From: an uncultured Bacteroidota bacterium
Lineage (GTDB): Bacteria > Bacteroidota > Ignavibacteria > UBA10030 > UBA6906
Reading direction: 5' to 3'
NCBI GenBank assembly: GCA_963700635.1
Contig: CAVOYH010000003.1
Location: 96,001 to 160,000 of the forward strand
Length of the DNA stretch: 64,000 nucleotides
Shown here: positions 56,727-64,000 of the stretch, piece by piece
Numbering within the stretch: the first letter of the stretch is position 1
Layout of the letters: each line of letters opens with the position of its first letter
Program-made: the position numbers and the translations under genes
Notes under the pieces: model-generated
What the model was told of the DNA's origin: nothing
What the model saw: the letters and a program-made list of their open reading frames with translations, nothing else
The model's database searches: none

Positions 56727-59567
56727 ATGAGCATCCTTACCCGATGTGTGGCGGTTCTGCTCGGCCTTTGCCTCTGTATCCCCACGCTGTTTGCCGGGAC
56801 TTCCGGCAAGATTTCCGGCACAGTCCGGGATTCCAGGACAAAGGAACCACTTCCCGGGGTGAACCTCATTGTTGAGGGAACAACGCTCGGCGCATCAAGC
56901 TCCATCGACGGCCGGTATGTGATCCTCAATGTCCCGCCGGGGCGCCACAAGGTAATGGCCTCATTGATCGGTTACCGCCGATTTGAGGTAAACGAACTGC
57001 GCGTATCGGTGGATTTTACCACTCCCCTTGACATCGATCTGGTGGAGGGGAGCGTGGAACTTGACGCGGTGGTAATTCAGGCCGAGCGTTCGCCGCTCAT
57101 CCGCCAGGATCTCACCAACCCGGTGGCTTCCATCTCTTCGGAGGCCATCGAAGCCCTCCCGGTGACGGATATCAGCGAGGTGATCGGGCTACAGGCGGGG
57201 ATTACCGTCGATGACGACGGCAGTATCCATATCCGCGGCGGTTTGGGCAATGAGATCGCCTACACCCTGAACGGTATGAACATCAATAACCCGTATGGCA
57301 ACACCCGCTCGGTCGGCGTCGCCACCAATGCCGTCCGGGAGGTTTCCGTTTCCAGCGGCACGTTTAGTGCCGAATACGGCAGCGCCCTGAGTGGAGTGGT
57401 AAATTATGTTACCCGGGACGGCGGATCCAGGTGGGCTGGCAGCGCGAAGTATTACACCGGCGACCACGTCAGCAGCCACAAGGATCTCTTCTTTAATATT
57501 GACAATTTCAACCCCGCAAATGTGAACCGGACAGAGTTTACGATCGGCGGTCCCGTCGTGGGTGACAACCTGATGTTCTTTGCTTCAGGCGTCTACAACT
57601 GGAGCGGCGGACACCTGTACGGCCAGCGGATCTATCTCCCCACCGATTCGTATCTCTCACGGGAGGGGTTCCCTTCCGACGATCCGCGGCGCGGCACGGC
57701 GTCCTCTCCCTACTATTTCGGCCCGGTCGGTCACGACACGACGGACACGGTTGGTCTGCCCGGGGGTGACGGCAGTACCGTCTCCCTGAACTGGAGCCGT
57801 TCTTATAATATCCAGGGAAACCTGAGCTGGCGCGTTTTCCCTGAGATGAAGTTGAAGTACGAGTTTATTGTAAATTTTGATGAATCACCGGATGTAAACC
57901 CCTTCGCTGCCCGGTACAAACCTGACGGCATCGCTCTTGAACGTTATGAAGGGTACATGCACGCGGTGGAGTTCACACACACGGTGAGCCCTTCGATGTT
58001 CTACACGGTGAAGGGATCGTTTATCACGGATAAAGGACGTAGCTGGGCGTACGATAGCCCCACCGACCCGCGCTATGTCCCGTCATTTTATTCCCGCACC
58101 TTTCCCAATACGTCATACCTGACCGGCGGCACAGATCCCGATCGCTTCAGCCGGAAAACTGAGACTCTGGCGGGCAAGGTGGACCTCGTGGCGCAGCTAT
58201 TTGGCAACCATGAAGTAAAAGCCGGTATAGAAGTGCGGAGCCACCACCTGACGGTCGAGTCGTACACACTCCAGTTCCGCGATCCGAACGACCCGAGCGC
58301 GGAACCCAGCTTCACCAATGCCATCGGGAACGGGAATGTCTTCCTCCCCTATATCCCGACCGTTGAGGGGGGCTACACCGCCTATGACAGGAAGCCGCTG
58401 CAAATGGCCGCCTATGTGCAGGACAAGATCGAGCTCTTCCAGTCTATCATCCTCAACCTTGGCGTCCGTTACGAATACTTCGATCCGGCAGCCAGGTACA
58501 ACAACAACCTGAGCCAGGAAGTGACCGATTCGAACACGACGTTTATTCAGGCTAACCTCGCCGATGCGTCAGTCAAACACATGGTCAGCCCCCGTATCAG
58601 CGTTTCGTATCCCATTACGGATCAGGGGACCATTCGATTCTCCTACGGACATTTTTACCAGATTGGTTCTCTCTCCAGTCTGTACAGCAATCCCAACTTC
58701 CGCGCACCACAGGGCTCGACTCCGTCATTCGGCAATCCGGACGTGCGTCCTCAAAAGAGCGTACAGTATGAACTCGGCCTGCAGCAGGGGTTGACTGAGG
58801 ACCTGAAAATAGAACTCTCGGGTTATTACAAGGACGTGCGCGACTACATATACTCGCAGCGCGTGATCACCGCCCGGGGCGACAAGCAGTACAACCTGCT
58901 CACCAATTTGAGTTATGCCAACACCCGCGGTATCAGCATTTCGCTGCTCAAGCGGCGTTCTGTTGATGACCTCCTCTCGGCCACACTTGACTATACCTTC
59001 CAGGTGGCCGAGGGGAACCGCACACAGCCCACGGATGAGATTTTCTTTAATGAGCAGCAGGGGAGGCTGAGTCAGACCTATCTGGTGCCGCTGAGTTTCG
59101 ACCGGAGCCACACGATTACCAGCACGGTCTCTCTTTCACAACCCAACGACTGGTCCGTGAGTATGATCGGCTATCTGCGCACCGGCACCCCGTACACTCC
59201 GGAGTTCCCGTCGAACGTGATTCCTATCTCGTTCGTGCAGAACAGCGACCGCCAGCCGATGCAGTGGAATGTGGACCTGAAGGTTGAGAAGTTCTTCACC
59301 TTCGGTCCGTTTTCCTATTCCGTGTTCGTGCAGGTGGATAATCTGTTCGACGCCCAGAATGAGCTCTACGTCTACGTGAATTCCGGCCGCGCGCTCTACA
59401 ATATCTCCCAGACACTGCAGCCGGAGCTCCTTTCCGACCTCAGAAACCGGATCACTCGGGACGACCCGGGGATGATTCCGTTGAGCGGCGTGGACAACTA
59501 CTATGCTAATCCGGGAAATATCAGCACCCCGCGGTTGATCCGCGTTGGTGCATCGATCCTATTCTAA
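56727..59567 (+). CDS. TonB-dependent receptor with N-terminal carboxypeptidase-regulatory-like domain
   Basis: GTSGKISGTVRD..TKEPLPG, HIRGG..NE..Y.LNG, SGTFSAEYG.ALSGVVNYVTRDG, YVQDKIE, VSPRI, SYGHF, YELG; terminal F. Confidence 0.9.
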   Translation: MSILTRCVAVLLGLCLCIPTLFAGTSGKISGTVRDSRTKEPLPGVNLIVEGTTLGASSSIDGRYVILNVPPGRHKVMASLIGYRRFEVNELRVSVDFTTPLDIDLVEGSVELDAVVIQAERSPLIRQDLTNPVASISSEAIEALPVTDISEVIGLQAGITVDDDGSIHIRGGLGNEIAYTLNGMNINNPYGNTRSVGVATNAVREVSVSSGTFSAEYGSALSGVVNYVTRDGGSRWAGSAKYYTGDHVSSHKDLFFNIDNFNPANVNRTEFTIGGPVVGDNLMFFASGVYNWSGGHLYGQRIYLPTDSYLSREGFPSDDPRRGTASSPYYFGPVGHDTTDTVGLPGGDGSTVSLNWSRSYNIQGNLSWRVFPEMKLKYEFIVNFDESPDVNPFAARYKPDGIALERYEGYMHAVEFTHTVSPSMFYTVKGSFITDKGRSWAYDSPTDPRYVPSFYSRTFPNTSYLTGGTDPDRFSRKTETLAGKVDLVAQLFGNHEVKAGIEVRSHHLTVESYTLQFRDPNDPSAEPSFTNAIGNGNVFLPYIPTVEGGYTAYDRKPLQMAAYVQDKIELFQSIILNLGVRYEYFDPAARYNNNLSQEVTDSNTTFIQANLADASVKHMVSPRISVSYPITDQGTIRFSYGHFYQIGSLSSLYSNPNFRAPQGSTPSFGNPDVRPQKSVQYELGLQQGLTEDLKIELSGYYKDVRDYIYSQRVITARGDKQYNLLTNLSYANTRGISISLLKRRSVDDLLSATLDYTFQVAEGNRTQPTDEIFFNEQQGRLSQTYLVPLSFDRSHTITSTVSLSQPNDWSVSMIGYLRTGTPYTPEFPSNVIPISFVQNSDRQPMQWNVDLKVEKFFTFGPFSYSVFVQVDNLFDAQNELYVYVNSGRALYNISQTLQPELLSDLRNRITRDDPGMIPLSGVDNYYANPGNISTPRLIRVGASILF

Positions 59568-59597
59568 CAATTTCATTCTTAATCAGCGGGATTCCGT

Positions 59598-62500
59598 ATG
59601 AAGAAGACGATGATCATGCTCCTCGCGTTCCTGGCCATTGTGGTGCTGCGCACCGCGGCCACGGCACAGGAGATTGACTGGAAGACGTTTGATCCCAAAC
59701 GGGCGACCCCGGATGAATGGCAGCGCGTCCTGAGTTTTATGGAACAGAATGAGCGGCGCCTGGCTAAAACAACAGGCGAAGCGCGTGAGATCCGCAGCCT
59801 GATCATCCGCGGCAACAAGATTACCACCGTCGTCTATAATTACGGGAGTATAACCCGTCCGAATACGCTCGGCAACGTGGCGGACCTAGTGTGGAACCGC
59901 CTGGGATACGGGTTTGAGTTTACTCCTCTGGTCGGCGCAACGGTCACCGACACCAGCGGCAGGCAGGTCAGCATTCTTAATGACGGCATGTGGCTGGCCA
60001 ATCAGGGGGGGTATTCTCCCGACAACACGGTCAAATGGGGATGGCTCCCGAAGGCCGGTTATGCAGCTTCCGGCCAGAATGATATCGCCGCATGGAGTCA
60101 CCGGTCCGATGTGGGTGGCGACCTGACACGCCGGCCCCACAGCTGGCCGGAGTCATGGTACAACCAGACACTCGGACGGTATGTCTGGCCGGCATTCCTC
60201 GGAAACGATGCAACTGCCCCGGACGAAGAGGCATATTTTGTTGTGGACGATTACACCAATGCCAAGTATCCATACTATCCGTTTCCCGATGATTCATCAA
60301 AGCGCGGCCTGGGTCTGGATATGGAGTGCCGTTTCTTCCAGTTCAACAACCCTCTGGCCGAAGACATCATTTTCCTCGTCTATCGTGTAACGAACAAAAG
60401 TCCAAAAACCATCAACAAGGTCTACTTCGGCATGTACGGTGACCCGCATGTCGGTGGTCCAGCCGATTACGGAGATGACCTCGCGTATTTTATCCCCCCC
60501 AGGGGGGTGCTCGCCGACCCGTTTCCCCAGCGCGCACGATCCATGGTCTATGCCTGGGATGACAATGGGACGGGGGACGGCGGTCTGACCTGCGGTTACT
60601 TCGGGTTCAAATTTCTCGAATCGCCGACCAACTCCGCCAACGGGCGGGACGATGACGACGACGGGATCAACGATGAAAGTCCGTTTAATGACGCAGGATT
60701 CTATATTGACGGTGTGACGTTCCCCCTGAACACGGGAATCGAGGACACGATAAAATACATCAAAGTGTTCGGAAAAATCAAAGCCCGGTGGGCGGGCGAC
60801 GAGGATGGCGACTGGGATCCTGAAAAAGACGACGTCGGCATCGATGGTATCGCCGGCACCGGGGATTTCGGCGAGGGGAACAAGAAACCGGACATCGGGT
60901 ATGACGCCAACGGCATCCTGGTCTCCGAACCGCACTTCGGCATCCGTGACGTTGACGAGTCGGATCAGATCGGTCTGACCAGCTTTAATGCCCTCGGCTA
61001 TACCAACGGCGTTCCGAATGTCCCGAAGAATGACGTCTTCTTCTACCAGCTGCTGTCTTCCGACAGTATTGCCATTGACCAGGTGCTCTTCCGGACGCCG
61101 AGCGACAACATCTTCCTCTACGGCTCCGGACCATTCCCGCTGGCTCCGGGCGGGACCCAGCGGTTCTCGATCGCGCTGATGATGGGGGAGAATCTGCCCG
61201 ATCTGCTCCTGAATGCAGAAACTGCACAGCGTGTGCTTGAAGCCAACTACCTGTTTGCCCAGCCCCCGCCCAAACCAAACGTTCGTGCAATCCCCGGCGA
61301 CCGAAAGGTAACCCTCTACTGGGACGCTGCGCCGGAAATTGCCGTGGATCCGCTTACCGCCACGCAAGATTTTGAAGGGTACAAGATTTACCGGAGCGAG
61401 GACTATACCTTCAGTGATGTCTACACCATCACCGACGCGAACGGCGCGGCATTCCTGCCGAATGCGATGATCGATGCGACCGGGCAACGCGCGCAGTTTG
61501 ATCTCGTGAACGAGTGGTCCGGCCTGCATCCTGTGGAGTACATCGGCCGCGGCGTGAAGTACAACCTTGGCAACAACTCCGGCCTCGTCCACGAGTTTGT
61601 GGACTCAACCGTCACCAACGGCAAGACCTATTACTACGCCGTGGCGTCCTACGACCATGGCTTCGACAGTCTCGGTGTACAACTCCCTCCGACAGAGTCG
61701 CAGATCGCAATCACGAAGGACCCCGTGACCGGCGTGCTGTCTTTTGACCAGAACACGGTCTCCGCCGTGCCGGGACCGCTTCCATCGGGTCAGACAAAAG
61801 CGATAGTCGACAATGACTTTATGCCCAGGCGCGTGAAGGGGATCTCCACCGGTTCCATGACTGTGAAGGTCATGGAGGATGTGGCTGTCCTCGATGGCGC
61901 TCAGTACAATATCGATTTCCGCACAGCGGCCTCGAAGGTGGTCTATGATATTCAATCCCTCACCTTCCACACCGACAATTTCATCTCTCGCGACACGGTG
62001 TTCGTTCCGCTGAGCAGGAAAAACCTCATTACTTCCACCGTTACGGTAAAAGATGCTGCCGGTGCAACCGTTAACCCGTCGCTCTATCGTATTGATGTTC
62101 CGGGAGGAAGGATCCGCGGTGTTGCGCCCGGCAACCTTCCGGCTAATGCGGCATTCAGCATAACGTATCAGTACTACACCGTGTTCGAAAGCAACCGGCT
62201 TGCCGCGGAAGATGATAACGCGGTATTCGACGGTATGCGCGTGTATGTCAAAGATGTGCCGCTGGGGATTGATTCGGCCAACAGCGGCTGGGCAAGCAAG
62301 AATAATACATCCCTCACCGCACGTGTGCACAAGACCATTGCCCTGCCAACCGCACCGTTCCGGCCGGCCCCGCTCGATTTCCAGATTCAGTGGAACAGAA
62401 CTGACACGACGGCCAACGGCAAGTGGGCATTCCCGGGTGACACGCTCCTGAACAATTCCGGCCGCCGTGTGGTGGTCTGCCCGTTCAGAATCATCAACGT

Positions 62501-63095
62501 CACCGATACCTCAACCATCCGCGTACTCGTGGACAAGGCCCAGACGGATAGTATGTGGAGACCGGGACGGGAGATTGTCATCGTCACACCGCCCAAATAC
62601 GCTCCCCAGTCCCCCATCCCTGTGCTGGTCTCAGTCACGTTCTCCGCAACCCCCGGACAGGCATTAGTCCTTCCCACACAGGGTAACGTGTTCGAGGTCA
62701 AGACCTCGAAACCGTTTGCGGCCGGGGATCAATACACCTTCACGAGTACGTCGTCCAAATTTGATGCCGCCCGGGCCACCAATGCCCTGGATCAGATTCG
62801 TGTGGTCCCGAATCCCTACGTCGGCTACAGCGACATAGAGCAGCCGGGAGCAAGCTCGATCCGCCGCGGAGAAAACAAACTGCAGTTCCGCAATCTCCCT
62901 CCAAAGTGCACGATTCGTATCTACTCGCTTGTGGGTGAACTCGTCGATACAATCGTGAAGGATGATGGCAACAGTTATGTTGACTGGCAGTTGCTCTCCT
63001 ACGAAGGCCAGCGGCTTGCCTACGGCGTGTATATCTATCATGTGGATGTGCCCGGTGTGGGCGAGAAGATCGGCCGGTTGGCGCTGATTAAGTGA
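59598..63095 (+). CDS. Large secreted protein with acidic Ca-binding-like motifs, FN3 and variant T9SS-like CTD (partner of the TonB receptor)
   Basis: Signal peptide ending ATA/Q; NGRDDDDDGINDE, DEDGDWD; PPPKP...KVTLYWD...DFEGYKIYRS...YYYAVASYD; IRVVPNPY...FRNLP.KCTIRIYSLVGELV...GVYIYHV...RLALIK. Confidence 0.8.
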   Translation: MKKTMIMLLAFLAIVVLRTAATAQEIDWKTFDPKRATPDEWQRVLSFMEQNERRLAKTTGEAREIRSLIIRGNKITTVVYNYGSITRPNTLGNVADLVWNRLGYGFEFTPLVGATVTDTSGRQVSILNDGMWLANQGGYSPDNTVKWGWLPKAGYAASGQNDIAAWSHRSDVGGDLTRRPHSWPESWYNQTLGRYVWPAFLGNDATAPDEEAYFVVDDYTNAKYPYYPFPDDSSKRGLGLDMECRFFQFNNPLAEDIIFLVYRVTNKSPKTINKVYFGMYGDPHVGGPADYGDDLAYFIPPRGVLADPFPQRARSMVYAWDDNGTGDGGLTCGYFGFKFLESPTNSANGRDDDDDGINDESPFNDAGFYIDGVTFPLNTGIEDTIKYIKVFGKIKARWAGDEDGDWDPEKDDVGIDGIAGTGDFGEGNKKPDIGYDANGILVSEPHFGIRDVDESDQIGLTSFNALGYTNGVPNVPKNDVFFYQLLSSDSIAIDQVLFRTPSDNIFLYGSGPFPLAPGGTQRFSIALMMGENLPDLLLNAETAQRVLEANYLFAQPPPKPNVRAIPGDRKVTLYWDAAPEIAVDPLTATQDFEGYKIYRSEDYTFSDVYTITDANGAAFLPNAMIDATGQRAQFDLVNEWSGLHPVEYIGRGVKYNLGNNSGLVHEFVDSTVTNGKTYYYAVASYDHGFDSLGVQLPPTESQIAITKDPVTGVLSFDQNTVSAVPGPLPSGQTKAIVDNDFMPRRVKGISTGSMTVKVMEDVAVLDGAQYNIDFRTAASKVVYDIQSLTFHTDNFISRDTVFVPLSRKNLITSTVTVKDAAGATVNPSLYRIDVPGGRIRGVAPGNLPANAAFSITYQYYTVFESNRLAAEDDNAVFDGMRVYVKDVPLGIDSANSGWASKNNTSLTARVHKTIALPTAPFRPAPLDFQIQWNRTDTTANGKWAFPGDTLLNNSGRRVVVCPFRIINVTDTSTIRVLVDKAQTDSMWRPGREIVIVTPPKYAPQSPIPVLVSVTFSATPGQALVLPTQGNVFEVKTSKPFAAGDQYTFTSTSSKFDAARATNALDQIRVVPNPYVGYSDIEQPGASSIRRGENKLQFRNLPPKCTIRIYSLVGELVDTIVKDDGNSYVDWQLLSYEGQRLAYGVYIYHVDVPGVGEKIGRLALIK

Positions 63096-63195
63096 GAGAC
63101 GCTGTGCCCCCTCCCCCGGACTGACGAGCGGGAGGGGGGATACGCAGAGAAGGACAGAGAATTGATGTTCACTACTGAAAGCGTATGGAGGTTGT

Positions 63196-64000
63196 ATGAA
63201 TAGTAGCTACTGCACACGGGGCACACAGGCGGTGGTGCTTCTGCTGGCGTTCGCTGTTCTGAGCACCGCTTCTGCGGATGCCCAGCTGTTCCGCAGCACC
63301 GCGAAGGTCGGCACGACAGCAGCCCAGTTCCTGAAGATCGGTGTCGGCGCCCGCGCCCTGGGCATGGGCGGGGCACAGGTGGGAGTCACGGGCGACATCA
63401 GCGCCATCTACTGGAACCCCGCCGCTCTCTCGCGCATGAACGTGGTCAGCGAACTGACCTTTAACCATGCAAACTGGCTCGCCGACATCAACTACGACTT
63501 CGCCGCAGGCGTGATGCCAATCGGCGACCTGGGCACGTTCGGACTCTCGGTCATCTCCCTCCGCGTACCCGAAGAGATCGTCACCACCGTCGCCAACCCC
63601 GACGGCGACGGCCGGCGCTGGGACGCTTCCTCACTCGCGTTCGGACTCACCTACGCGCGGAACCTGACGGACCGCTTCTCCATCGGGCTCAACTTGAAAT
63701 TTATCCATGAGAGTATCTGGAGCGAGAGTGCATCCGGGTTTGCCATCGACGTCGGCACACTGTATATCACGGAGATTCCCGGCCTCACGATCGGGGCGTC
63801 GATCGCGAACTTCGGCACAAAAATGCAGCTCGACGGCCGTGATCTCAATTTTAACTACGATCCGGACGACAATGCCGGCACAGGGCCGAACAACATCCCC
63901 TCCAAACTCGAAACCGGAGCGTATGACCTTCCGCTCACCTTCCGGATTGGTCTTGCCTGGGACCTCTACCCCGTTGATGAGTTCAGAACAACATTTGCGG
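63196..64000 (+). CDS. PorV/PorQ-family outer membrane beta-barrel (3'-truncated)
   Basis: Absent from the ORF track because it has no stop in the window. SD GGAGG, ATG 63196; translates KVGTTAAQFLKIGVGARALGMGGA...IYWNPAALS...WLADI...LPLTFRIG. Confidence 0.88.
   Translation, partial: MNSSYCTRGTQAVVLLLAFAVLSTASADAQLFRSTAKVGTTAAQFLKIGVGARALGMGGAQVGVTGDISAIYWNPAALSRMNVVSELTFNHANWLADINYDFAAGVMPIGDLGTFGLSVISLRVPEEIVTTVANPDGDGRRWDASSLAFGLTYARNLTDRFSIGLNLKFIHESIWSESASGFAIDVGTLYITEIPGLTIGASIANFGTKMQLDGRDLNFNYDPDDNAGTGPNNIPSKLETGAYDLPLTFRIGLAWDLYPVDEFRTTFA

Noticed and set aside
60297-62330. Long minus-strand ORFs 60297-61592 and 61605-62330
   Set aside because: They are antisense to the 1165-aa gene, as expected from GC-rich codon bias.
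43268-63095. Genes following the TonB receptors as SusD homologs
   Set aside because: They have no lipobox cysteine or TPR-like helical pattern. They have type I signal peptides, FN3 domains and CTD-like ends.

Overview
64 kb of bacterial chromosome, most likely a non-Bacteroidia member of the FCB/Bacteroidota group such as Ignavibacteria. The evidence is ten T9SS-type C-terminal sorting domains and two PorV/PorQ-like barrels, alongside sigma70-like -35/-10 promoters and GGAGG Shine-Dalgarno sites. 1-6.6 kb holds two convergent oxidoreductase/aminotransferase/deacylase operons. 6.7-8.6 kb is a complete group IIC intron inserted directly behind a rho-independent terminator; its RT ORF has many frameshifts. 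8.7-15.7 kb holds a CBS protein, two T9SS cargo proteins, tRNA-Phe, an HD protein and an Omp85-like protein. 15.7-64 kb is the main feature: a ~48 kb locus that reads as a peptidoglycan (cell-wall) foraging system. It encodes T9SS-secreted amidase, M23 peptidase, GH18 and GHL10 hydrolases, plus a NagZ/AmiE-like fusion, NamZ, NlpC/P60, a Tat-signal dipeptide epimerase, an AmpG-like permease, a MurK-like kinase, a NagB/PIG-L fusion, GT2, DUF4922 and two acetyltransferases. It also carries two divergent SusD-less uptake modules, each built as TonB receptor, variant-CTD FN3 protein, PorV-like barrel. Three isolated single-base frameshifts outside the intron look like sequencing errors. All family assignments come from motif recognition by eye; no database searches were run.
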